Shown here piece after piece: positions 11,548 through 21,457 of a stretch of 64,000 bases of DNA. The stretch lies in NCBI GenBank assembly GCA_032718475.1, contig JAUCBJ010001416.1, positions 1 through 64,000 on the forward strand. The letters are read 5' to 3'. Both the position numbers and the translations under genes were made by a program. Source of the stretch: Nemertoderma westbladi (lineage: Eukaryota > Animalia > Xenacoelomorpha). Position 1 is the stretch's first letter; every line of letters begins with the position of its first letter. Below the pieces are notes generated by a model. That model was not told the DNA's origin. It was given only the letters and a program-made list of their open reading frames with translations, and made no database searches.

Positions 11548-11931
11548 ATGAATAGACTTGTGCAGAAATATCGTAACGAATTGGAATTTCTACGCAGCGC
11601 TACCCCTCAACAAAGAACTTATTTTATTAACCATACCGCGAGTAACGAATTAATACGGCTCATTGTAAATACCGCATTAAATGTTCTAAAAGGTAACGTA
11701 CAATTGACCCCTCATTCATTTAGAAATATTCGCCGTTATAAAAAGGTATTAAAATCACTCAACCGCAAAACAAAAAATATATCAAGTTACAGAAAAAAGT
11801 TAAGCAATCAATCTGGAGGCATACTACCGTTTCTAATACCCTTACTCGGCATTGGTGCGAAACTCGCCGCGAGTGCTGGTGCCGCCGCCGCTGGAGCGGC
11901 TATTGCGAAAAAAATTAACCGCGGACGGTAA
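11548..11931 (+). CDS. Maverick PW-like basic core protein
   Basis: Basic 127 aa, ALNVLKGNVQLT motif, QSGG|ILPFL adenain-type cleavage-like site followed by a hydrophobic helix. Confidence 0.75.
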   Translation: MNRLVQKYRNELEFLRSATPQQRTYFINHTASNELIRLIVNTALNVLKGNVQLTPHSFRNIRRYKKVLKSLNRKTKNISSYRKKLSNQSGGILPFLIPLLGIGAKLAASAGAAAAGAAIAKKINRGR

Positions 11932-11933
11932 TA

Positions 11934-12101
11934 ATGGTTAAAACGGGAGTAACATTTAGAAAATTATATTTAGTATCGAGTAAACCGTTAGCTACTGATT
12001 TAAAACCTCAAGATATACCTAGAGTAAATACTACAAAAAGAAAACCCTTCAAAACATCAACTTCAAAGAAAATAAAAAAATTTCAGCTGTTTTTACGGTG
12101 A
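11934..12101 (+). CDS. Small basic ORF (MVKTGVTFRKLYLVS...) between PW-like gene and integrase
   Basis: Translated by hand, 55 aa; ATG immediately after the upstream stop (TAATAATG). Confidence 0.45.
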   Translation: MVKTGVTFRKLYLVSSKPLATDLKPQDIPRVNTTKRKPFKTSTSKKIKKFQLFLR

Positions 12102-12152
12102 TGCCCTTTATAAGAGATTTGAATATACATATTACTTGCGGTTGTCGAAAAG

Positions 12153-13241
12153 ATGCCACGCAAGATGAGACCGATTTTAAGCCGAAGCTTAGACAAAAAA
12201 CTGTTAAGAATTTATTTAGATCCTTCATCCCCTGCGGGTTTTGCAAGTATCGCAAAATTAGCAAAAGCCGCAAACATCAAACCAGCTCAAGCTCAGAAAT
12301 GGTTGAGCGGGCAAAAGACATACTCCCTTCACGCACCACGTAGACATCATTATCCAACATCTAAAATATTTACGGGAGGGTTAAAAGATATATATATGAT
12401 AGATCTGGTGGATATGCAGCAATATAAATCACAAAATAATAATTATAACTATATATTAACATGTATTGATGCCTTTAGCCGGCTTGCTTTTGCCTATGGT
12501 ATGAAGACAAAAACAGGTATTGAAATTATTAGTATATTGCAAAAAATATTCCAGAAAGGTAAACCAAACAGAATCGCGACTGATCAAGGTTCTGAGTTTC
12601 TAAATAAATCTGTAAGGAAATATTTAGATACTATTGGTGTACAGTATTACGTAATGTACTCTGTGAATAAGGCGGCTATTGTCGAGAGATTCAATAGAAC
12701 ATTAAAAACAAAGATGTTCAAAATTTTCACGCAACGGGGAAATAATGTTTGGATAAAAATTTTACCGAAGCTTATCTTTGCTTATAATAGGTCATTTCAT
12801 AGGACTATACAAATGACGCCCATTGAAGTTAATAAATTTAATGAAACTGAATTAATGAATAGATTATATGGGAAATATAGACAGATTAATCACAAGAAAA
12901 TAAAATTTAAAGTTGGAGATACAGTACGATTATCTATCGCGCGTACTGCTTTTGCTAAAGGCTATCGAGAACAATGGACACGTGAATTATTTATTATTCA
13001 TCGGGTCAGATTGGATAGAGTACCAGCGGTAATGTTCGATATTAAGGACAGCGCTGGTGCTATAATAAATGGTTCATTTTATTCATACGAACTCCAAAAG
13101 GTCCACCCGAATAGTAATATTTATCTTCCGATTGACAAAAATATTGGCAAACTTAAAGAACGTGTGCGCAATGGGAAAAAAGAATATTTAGTCCGATTCA
13201 TTGGATCCAAGAAACAGTCGTGGGTACAGCATATTCAATAA
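12153..13241 (+). CDS. Retroviral-like (c-)integrase with truncated chromodomain-like C-terminus
   Basis: DDE motifs IDLVDM, TDQGSEF, VERFNRTLK; FKVGDTVRLS; C-terminal KKEYLVRFIG..SWV. Confidence 0.95.
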   Translation: MPRKMRPILSRSLDKKLLRIYLDPSSPAGFASIAKLAKAANIKPAQAQKWLSGQKTYSLHAPRRHHYPTSKIFTGGLKDIYMIDLVDMQQYKSQNNNYNYILTCIDAFSRLAFAYGMKTKTGIEIISILQKIFQKGKPNRIATDQGSEFLNKSVRKYLDTIGVQYYVMYSVNKAAIVERFNRTLKTKMFKIFTQRGNNVWIKILPKLIFAYNRSFHRTIQMTPIEVNKFNETELMNRLYGKYRQINHKKIKFKVGDTVRLSIARTAFAKGYREQWTRELFIIHRVRLDRVPAVMFDIKDSAGAIINGSFYSYELQKVHPNSNIYLPIDKNIGKLKERVRNGKKEYLVRFIGSKKQSWVQHIQ

Positions 13242-13272
13242 GTTTAGGTTTATACTGTATATTAATTCATTT

Positions 13273-13692
13273 TGGTCACATATGACCGTAATTAATCAAT
13301 ATTAACTCGAATGATATTACTATACTATACTGTAAGTCTAATATCTATAGTTCATTCGCTTTAAATAAAGCCAGTAAAATATTGATCCCTCGCATATACT
13401 GTAGAAGCGGCAATGAACGCGGTGACAGATGTCTATAATTTAACATTATACTAGTATGTATAAGGAGTCAAGTAGAGAGAGCTTAAGCGAATAATGGTCA
13501 CATATGATCGTAATTAATCAATATTAACTCGAATGATATTACTATGCTGTAAGTCTAATATCTATAGTTCATTCGCTTTAAATATTGATCTCTCGCATAT
13601 ACTGTAGAAACAATGAACGTGGTCACAGATGTCTATAGTTTAACATTATACAGTACAGTATGTACAATGGAGTCAAGCAGAGAGAGCTTAAA
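13273..13692 (+). repeat. Intergenic tandem duplication (~222-bp first unit, 2 copies)
   Basis: TGGTCACATATGA..GTAATTAATCAATATTAACTCG starts at 13273 and 13495; mirrored at ~17728-18150. Confidence 0.85.
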
Positions 13693-13703
13693 TAATAATA
13701 ATA

Positions 13704-14574
13704 ATGGCTGTAGATACATATATCACTCTAGTTTCAGATAGCTCATTAAACACATACCCCAATAATAACCCTAGCGAGTTTACTGTTGATTTAGCCGAAG
13801 AATTATATATTGGTTCAAACGCTAAAATTGGACTTGCCGAGATTCAATATCAAGCAACATACAGTAATATTACTCTGCAAACTCAAATCTCGCTGTCAAT
13901 CGGGGTAGATGCAAAAGATGCCAAATTATACAGTTTATTTCCTGGTATGCATAGCTCTATTCAAGTCATTATTGATGATATAAATAAACTGTTTAATTCT
14001 GAAGCGAAATATAGAGATTTCGAATTCATTTTTAATACAAATAATTCTAGAATTAAATTTAAATTTCCTAAAAAGTTGAAAAAAATACAATTAAGTCTAC
14101 GCGGTGATTTAATACAAATTCTAGGCTTAAAACAGTTATTGGATCAGAATCATCCAGGTATTCCGAATTGGGATATATACAGTACCACTACAGTGGATGA
14201 ATTAAGCAATATAGAACAGCCGATATTAATTTTAAATTATAGTGGACCAAAAATTTCGGAAATTGGGATTTTAGATTTTCCAGATCCCACGAATATTACT
14301 CGTAATAAAGATACAATCTTCATATATACAGATATTATTAAGAGCTCATTTGTTGGTGACGCTTTAGCTCCGCTCTTAAGAACCTGTCCTTTAACACAAT
14401 TAAATCGAAAATATATTAATCACGAATACGAGAGCATTTGCTATTACCCATTGTTGAATAAAAAACTAAAAACAATCTTAATTACTTTACGTGACGGATC
14501 AAGGCGAATTAATTAATTTCAACGGTGGTCGCACTGTTATAACACTTAAGTTAATACGCGGTGGAGATGGATGA
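13704..14574 (+). CDS. Minor capsid protein (penton, PX-like) paralog 1; 1-nt frameshift near C-terminus
   Basis: YITLVSDSS...YPNN..SEF, IGLAEIQY, IFIYTDII...VGDALAPLLR; the expected C-terminal strand GELINFNGGRTVITLKLIR continues in another frame to a stop at 14574. Confidence 0.85.
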
Positions 14575-15412
14575 ATTCTATGTTAGGCTACCAAGTAACT
14601 CCTGTCCAATTGATTTTCCTCGTAATAGCGGTAGTAATTATCAGATCAATTTCCATGGTGCCTTACCTATAAATCCAAACGAAAACTGGGTGGTAGGTAT
14701 AAAAAGTATATTTTACTTAGCCACGTTACCGTCCATGTATAACAATGTAGAGAATGTTATTTTATTAAAAAAAGGGAAAACAAATTTTGAGGATACACTT
14801 CCATCCGGTTTGTTCTACAGTATCAATGACATTATAGATTATTTTAACACTGGGGCGTTGAAAGATAAATTACAAATAGTTGAAAATACTCAGCAAAATA
14901 GGTTGCAATTTATTTTAGGGAAAACTGTACGTGAGTTATTTATAGGTCAACAATTAGCCTATTATTTTGGAATTACTGAAAATAATCTCGGTGCAAATTT
15001 AAATCCAAATTTTAAAATTATTTTGAAGACGAAAAATAATATAAAGGGTTATTTAATAAAGATTATCGGAAATGAAGAAAAAGCTTACCAAATGGTATTT
15101 TTATGTCCTCAACCACCCAATTCTATTCCAGAACCTAAGTCGAACATGTACGTGACTACTAATATAATTGAAAATGAATATATTAATGATTTTGGCTTAG
15201 CTTTACTTCGTCGCGTGGCGATACCTGATGACGTGAAATATGGTAGTGTAATAAATAAAGAATTTGCCAAGGATACAATTCATTATATCCCTGTAAAAAA
15301 ATCATATAAGATAACATACATTCATATTGAAATAACAGACAAAGAAGGAAAAGATTTGAATTTTGAATACGGCACAACTTCTATTACCTTACACTTTAAA
15401 AAAATAAATTAA
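14567..15412 (+). CDS. Minor capsid protein (penton, PX-like) paralog 2
   Basis: FYVRLPSNS..FP.N, WVVGIKSI, MYVTTNII, LLRRV, HYIPV, IHIEITDKEG..LNFEYGTTSITLHFKK. Confidence 0.85.
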   Translation: MDEFYVRLPSNSCPIDFPRNSGSNYQINFHGALPINPNENWVVGIKSIFYLATLPSMYNNVENVILLKKGKTNFEDTLPSGLFYSINDIIDYFNTGALKDKLQIVENTQQNRLQFILGKTVRELFIGQQLAYYFGITENNLGANLNPNFKIILKTKNNIKGYLIKIIGNEEKAYQMVFLCPQPPNSIPEPKSNMYVTTNIIENEYINDFGLALLRRVAIPDDVKYGSVINKEFAKDTIHYIPVKKSYKITYIHIEITDKEGKDLNFEYGTTSITLHFKKIN

Positions 15413-15413
15413 A

Positions 15414-15740
15414 ATGGATTCCGATTTATTTTAAAGATACAGTAAACCTCAATATGGTGGTGCAGACTCTAATCTTGCTGTTTTTAAAGGTGGTAGAAGT
15501 ACGAGAGGCTCGACGCAAGTTCCTGTTTTTCGAGGTGGTTCATATATTGACCCTTACGGTCAACAAATTGGTGCATTTGGTCCAAACTTAAAACAACGTC
15601 GATTTCAACGTTATCGTAGAGGTATGCGGACAAATCAACACGGGGAAGGTATATTTACAGACGCTTTATCTACATTGAAAAAATTTGGAAAGCCATTAGC
15701 AAAAAAAGTTTTACAAAAAGCTTTGAGAGTAGCAAAAAGG
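15414..15740 (+). pseudogene. Maverick PM-like (core/membrane-active) protein, truncated
   Basis: Hand translation MDSDLF*RYSKPQYGG...FKGG...FRGG...QHGEGIFTDALSTLKKFGKPLAKKV: repeated xGG sites and an amphipathic helix; one early stop; cut off by an RTE fragment. Confidence 0.65.
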
Positions 15741-16222
15741 ACATAGAAGTTAGGAAAGCAAAGGCTTGGGTAGCTCTATCAAAAATGGATACCATCTGGA
15801 AATCGGATCTCTCCAGGCACCTGAAGACTAAGTTCTTTCGAGCCACAGTGGAAAGTGTATTTTTATATGCACTGACTAAATCACTTGAACAACGAATTGA
15901 TGGTTGCTACACAAGACTACTATGGGCAGCCCTAAACATCAGCTGGAGACAACACATGACAAACGCCGAGCTTTATTGTACAATACCACCTGTATCAACC
16001 ACCCTCCGTGAACGCAGATTAAGATTCAGTGGGCACTGCTGGCGAAGTAAAGACAAGGTCATACCAGATCTACTTTTCTGGCAACCAACTCATGGAAAGC
16101 ATAGTCGTGGACGACCTGCCATAACATATATAGATCAACTTGAAAGGGATACTGAACTTAGGAGAAACGAAATTGCGACAACTATGGAGAATCGGGAAGC
16201 CTGGAAGGATCTCATTTCCACT
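15737..16222 (+). mobile_element. RTE-clade LINE 3' fragment in the palindrome spacer
   Basis: KDIEVRKAKAWVAL...RATVESVFLY...RRLRFSGHCWR...RGRPAITYIDQL. Confidence 0.88.
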
Positions 16223-16859
16223 AAGCTAAGCCTAAAGCATTAATATATTCATTTTCAATTATATTAGTAGTCACGTACATGTTCGACTTAGGTTCTGGAA
16301 TAGAATTGGGTGGTTGAGGACATAAAAATACCATTTGGTAAGCTTTTTCTTCATTTCCGATAATCTTTATTAAATAACCCTTTATATTATTTTTTGTCTT
16401 CAAAATAATTTTAAAATTTGGATTTAAATTTGCACCGAGATTATTTTCAGTGATTCCAAAATAATAGCCTAATTGTTGACCTATAAATAACTCACGTACA
16501 GTTTTCCCTAAAATAAATTGCAACCTACTTTGCAGAGTATTTTCAACTATTTGTAATTTATCTTTCAACGCTCCAGTGTTAAAATAATCTATAATGTCAT
16601 TAATACTGTAGAACAAACCGGATGGAAGTGTATCCTCAAAATTTGTTTTCCCTTTTTTTAATAAAATAACATTCTCTACATTGTTATACATGGACGGTAA
16701 CATGGCTAAGTAAAATATACTTTTTATACCTACCACCCAGTTTTCGTTTGGATTTATAGGTAAGGCGCCATGGAAATTAATCTTATAATTACTACCGCTA
16801 TTGCGAGGAAAATCAATTGGACAGGATTTACTTGGTAGCCTGACATAGAATTCATCCAT
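16223..16859 (-). pseudogene. Penton paralog 2, arm-2 copy, 3'-truncated
   Basis: Near-identical to 14567-15203, ends at the RTE junction. Confidence 0.85.
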
Positions 16860-17717
16860 CTCCACCGCGTATTAACTTAAGTGTTATAACAGTGCGACCG
16901 CCGTTGAAATTAATTAATTCGCCTTATCCGTCACGTAAAGTTATTAAGATTGTTTTTAGTTTTTTATTCAACAATGGGTAATAGCAAATGCTCTCGTATT
17001 CGTGATTAATATATTTTCGATTTAATTGTGTTAAAGGACAGGTTCTTAAAAGCGGAGCTAAAGCGTCACCAACAAATGAGCTCTTAATAATATCTGTATA
17101 TATGAAGATTGTATCTTTATTACGAGTTATATTCGTCGGATCAGGAAAATCTAAAATCCCAATTGCCGAAATTTTTGGTCCGCTATAATTTAAAATTAAT
17201 ATCGGCTGTTCTATATTGCTTAATTCATCTACTGTAGTGGTACTGTATCCCAATTCGGAATACCCGGATGATTCTGATCCAATAACGGTTTTAAGCCTAG
17301 AATTTGTATTAAATCACCGCGTAGACTTTATTGTATTTTTTTCAACTTTTTAGGAAATTTATATTTAATTCTAGAATTATTTGTATTAAAAATGAATTCG
17401 AAATCTCTATATTTCACTTCAGAATTAAACAGTTAATTTATATCATCAATAATGACTTGAATAGAGCTATGCATACCAGGAAATAAACTGTATAATTTGG
17501 CATGTTTTGCATCTACCCCGATTGACAGCGAGATTTGAGTTTGCAGAGTAATATTACTGTATGTTGCTTGATATTGAATCTCGGCAAGCCCAATTTTAGC
17601 GTTTGAACCAATATATAATTCTTCGGCTAAATCAACAGTAAACTCGCTAGGGTTATTATTGGGGTATGTATTTAATGAGCTATCTGAAAGTAGAGTGATA
17701 TATGTATCTACAGCCAT
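16852..17717 (-). pseudogene. Penton paralog 1, arm-2 copy, frameshifted
   Basis: Split into ORFs 17433-17717 and 16924-17253 matching 13704-14516. Confidence 0.85.
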
Positions 17718-18179
17718 TATTATTATTTAAGCTCTCTCTGCTTGACTCCATTGTATATACTGTACTGTATAATGTTAAACTATAGACATCTGTGACCATG
17801 TTTATTGTTTCTACAGTATATGCGAGAGATCAATATTTAAAGCGAATGAACTATAGATATTAGACTTACAACATAGTAATATCATTCAAGTTAATATTGA
17901 TTAATTACAGTCATATGTGACCATTATTCGCTTAAGCTCTCTCTACTTGACTCCTTATACATACAGTATAATGTTAAATTATAGACATCTGTCACCGCAT
18001 TCATTGCCGCTTCTACAGTATATGCGATGGATTAATATTTTACTGGCTTTATTTAAAGCGAATGAACTATAGATATTAGACTTACAGTATAGTATAGTAA
18101 TATCATTCGAGTTAATATTGATTAATTAATTACGGTCATATGCGACCAAAATGAATTAATATACTGTATAAACCTAAAC

Positions 18180-19373
18180 TTATTGAATATGCTGTACCCA
18201 CGACTGTTTCTTGGATCCAATGAATCGGACTAAATATTCTTTTTTCCCATTGCGCACACGTTCTTTAAGTTTGCCAATATTTTTGTCAATCAGAAGATAA
18301 ATATTACTATTTGGATGGACCTTTTGGAGTTCGTAAGAATAAAATGAGCCATTTATTATAGCTCCAGTGCTGTCCTTAATATCGAACATTACCGCTGGTA
18401 CTCTATCCAATCTGACTCTATGAATAATAAATAATTCACGTGTCCATTGTTCTCGATAGCCTTTAGCAAAAGCAGTACAAGCGATAGATAATCGTACTGT
18501 ATCTCCAACTTTAAATTTTATTTTCTTGTGATTAATCTGTCTATATTTCCCATATAATCTATTCATTAATTCAGTTTCATTAAATTTATTAACTTCAATG
18601 GGTATCATTTGTATAGTCCTATGAAATGACCTATTATAAGCATAGATAAGCTTTGGTAAAATTTTTATCCAAACATTATTTCCCCGTTGCGTGAAAATTT
18701 TGAACATCTTTGTTTTTAATGTTCTATTGAATCTCTCGACAATAGCTGCCTTATTCACAGAGTACATTACGTAATACTGTTTACCAATAGTATCTAAATA
18801 TTTCCTTACAGATTTATTTAGAAACTCAGAACCTTGATCAGTCGCGATTCTGTTTGGTTTACCCTTTTGGAATATTTTTTGCAATATACTAATAATTTCA
18901 ATACCTGTTTTTGTCTTCATACCATAGGCAAAAGCAAGCCGGCTAAAGGCATCAAAACATGTTAATATATAGTTATAATTATTATTTTGGGATTTATATT
19001 GCTGCATATCCACCAGATCTATCATATATATATCTTTTAACCCTCCCGTAAATATTTTAGATGTTGGATAATGATGTCTACGTGGTGCGTGAAGGGAGTA
19101 TGTCTTTTGCCCGCTCAACCATTTCTGGGCTTGAGTTGGTTTGATGTTTGCAGCTTTTGCTAATTTTGCGATACTTGCAAAACCCGCAGGGGATGATGGA
19201 TCTAAATAAATTCTTAACAGTTTTTTGTCTTTTAGAACATTTAATGCGGTATTTACAATGAGCCGTATTAATTCGTTACTCGCGGTATGGTTAATAAAAT
19301 AAGTTCTTTGTTGAGGGGTAGCGCTGCGTAGAAATTCCAATTCGTTATGATATTTCTGCACAAGTCTATTCAT
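18180..19373 (-). CDS. In-frame PW-like/integrase fusion (arm-2 copy)
   Basis: First 48 aa match 11548 ORF, remainder matches the 12153 integrase from DKKLL; DDE intact. Confidence 0.9.
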   Translation of the reverse strand: MNRLVQKYHNELEFLRSATPQQRTYFINHTASNELIRLIVNTALNVLKDKKLLRIYLDPSSPAGFASIAKLAKAANIKPTQAQKWLSGQKTYSLHAPRRHHYPTSKIFTGGLKDIYMIDLVDMQQYKSQNNNYNYILTCFDAFSRLAFAYGMKTKTGIEIISILQKIFQKGKPNRIATDQGSEFLNKSVRKYLDTIGKQYYVMYSVNKAAIVERFNRTLKTKMFKIFTQRGNNVWIKILPKLIYAYNRSFHRTIQMIPIEVNKFNETELMNRLYGKYRQINHKKIKFKVGDTVRLSIACTAFAKGYREQWTRELFIIHRVRLDRVPAVMFDIKDSTGAIINGSFYSYELQKVHPNSNIYLLIDKNIGKLKERVRNGKKEYLVRFIGSKKQSWVQHIQ

Positions 19374-19406
19374 TGTTGCAACATTATTGAAAATTGTTAC
19401 AAAATA

Positions 19407-20087
19407 TTAATTATTATTATTATTATTATTATTTTCGCTACGTTTATAGTCAATGTAATTTTTAATGTAACAATTATGATTACGAAATATATCCGATCTA
19501 AATCTTAAATGTTCGGGTGTTTCCTGTCGTAAATCAATTAAGAAATGTGAAAATGGTTCAATAGTCGCATCTTGATAGGAATCTACTAAAAATTTGGTCT
19601 GCCCTGGTAACATCTGCTTCGCGAAATTTAAAACCGATAAACTGTCTCGCGGATTTTTCATTAATACTAAGGTATGGCTATTAATTGATCTTGTGGGGTT
19701 ATGCTTCCCGCCGTAAAACATGTTTTGCGTTATGAAACAAATAAATATATTGGAATGATGAGCAACCTTAGTAAACAATACAGTTAAAGCTGTACTGGAC
19801 TCAGTTTCTGTTAATAAATCATCTATAATTAATAAATCCCGACTATTCACTAAACTATCTATATTTTCTGGCAAACCTTTGTAAAGGTGAGTAATACCAG
19901 GAATAGTCGGGGGATTGCTCCCGTAACAATACAATACTCGCAAGGGGGGTTCGTTGAAACAACAATTCTTGTGTTTAATTAAATTGCTAACAAATGTAGA
20001 CTTTCCGGAACCAGATGGGCCAGAAATTATCATACTCGTTCCCATTTGAAAGTTTAAATTATATGGAACTGAATTAAAGTCAGCCAT
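19407..20087 (-). CDS. Packaging ATPase, arm-2 copy
   Basis: Near-identical to 10832-11524; Walker motifs intact. Confidence 0.92.
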   Translation of the reverse strand: MADFNSVPYNLNFQMGTSMIISGPSGSGKSTFVSNLIKHKNCCFNEPPLRVLYCYGSNPPTIPGITHLYKGLPENIDSLVNSRDLLIIDDLLTETESSTALTVLFTKVAHHSNIFICFITQNMFYGGKHNPTRSINSHTLVLMKNPRDSLSVLNFAKQMLPGQTKFLVDSYQDATIEPFSHFLIDLRQETPEHLRFRSDIFRNHNCYIKNYIDYKRSENNNNNNNN

Positions 20088-20266
20088 TTATTATTATTAA
20101 GATATATCAACAATACAATATAATATAATATAAATATCAATGAACCAACACCATTACTATGTATATATGTAACAATTCACAAAAATACAGCATTTTACAA
20201 CAAAAAGTATGTACAACTGTAGTATTAGTATATTTATCATGGCAATCTTTCGTTCTACTTATTACC

Positions 20267-20964
20267 TTATTTGAAAAGATTGTGTAATCGTATACCTGCA
20301 ATCAACAGACATTGTTTTCGATTTAAATAATGTCCACACCAAGTGAGATAGCGGTGACATCGTATAAATTCGTTATACTTCTTAGTTTGACATTTATGTT
20401 CTATACCATGCCTGTAGCATTTAGTACTGGAAATATGACTTAGAGTATGTTCCGTCAAAGTGCGAATTACTCTCATACACAAATCATTGCAAAGAATACC
20501 TTCATCAAGTTTCAAATAATTCTTTTTTGGTTTTATACCTCTTGAAGATGATTCATCTTTATATGTCTTAAAGTAAATATCAAAACTACGCAAATTCTTA
20601 TTTAATTTTACTGTGATATTTTTATGTTCTTCATCAAACAACCAAGGTACCATAAAGCCGCCTTTTTTCACTATATATCGATAAAAAATATTCTGTGATA
20701 TTGTAAATAACTCGTTAGGTTCGTTACTTTTTCCTGAAATGTAGATAGAATTCCGCAGCTCTTTCCAATGATATGGATTATATAACTTGTTTACTCTGCA
20801 AAGTGTCTGTACTCTGCAAATTGGACAAATTTTAGTACAATCATTAATTTCAACATATTGATCAATACATGTCATGCAAGTTCCATGCTTATTAACACAT
20901 ATGTAACAATCAAGATGTTTTTAGAATAACAAATACTACAATTTGTGTTTATTAATATATCCAT
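20267..20964 (-). pseudogene. RING protein, arm-2 copy with N-terminal frameshift
   Basis: 4-bp deletion relative to arm 1 (TTCTAATTTAAAAC vs TTCTAAAAAC) disrupts the RING. Confidence 0.8.
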
Positions 20965-21031
20965 TTTTCTTAAATAACCAAACCAAAATCGTTAAAATGT
21001 TGATAAAATATTTATAATATAGCTGAAAGAG

Positions 21032-21457
21032 TCAAGAATCATCTTCATTGTCATCAGTTTCATCAGTGGTTATAAGGGTTTCTTTCGAAATAATAACAAT
21101 AAACAAAGCCATAATTTCATAAGCATTTTTACGATCTAATTTGATCTCAAACTTTTCACATTTATTGCTCGCTATATTACCACTATATTGAGTAATAACA
21201 ATAAAGTTATCTGACATTGATAAAATTGTGAATTTATCTAAATCATCTTCTTCTTTGTAATCTAAAAGGTAACTAGTAGAATCTACCTCACCAAAAATAT
21301 CAATAGATCGTAGTTCTTTTCTTGCTTGTTCAGAAATATCTATTTTAAAATTAGGTTGTGAAGGACAATAAATAGTGTTACCAATAACAATACAAGTAAG
21401 ATTATCTACAGTATTAAATGTATGTCTTATTACAGACGCAGGTGTATCAGAAGACAT
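21032..21457 (-). CDS. Maverick orphan protein, arm-2 copy
   Basis: Two amino-acid differences from 9452-9877. Confidence 0.7.
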   Translation of the reverse strand: MSSDTPASVIRHTFNTVDNLTCIVIGNTIYCPSQPNFKIDISEQARKELRSIDIFGEVDSTSYLLDYKEEDDLDKFTILSMSDNFIVITQYSGNIASNKCEKFEIKLDRKNAYEIMALFIVIISKETLITTDETDDNEDDS

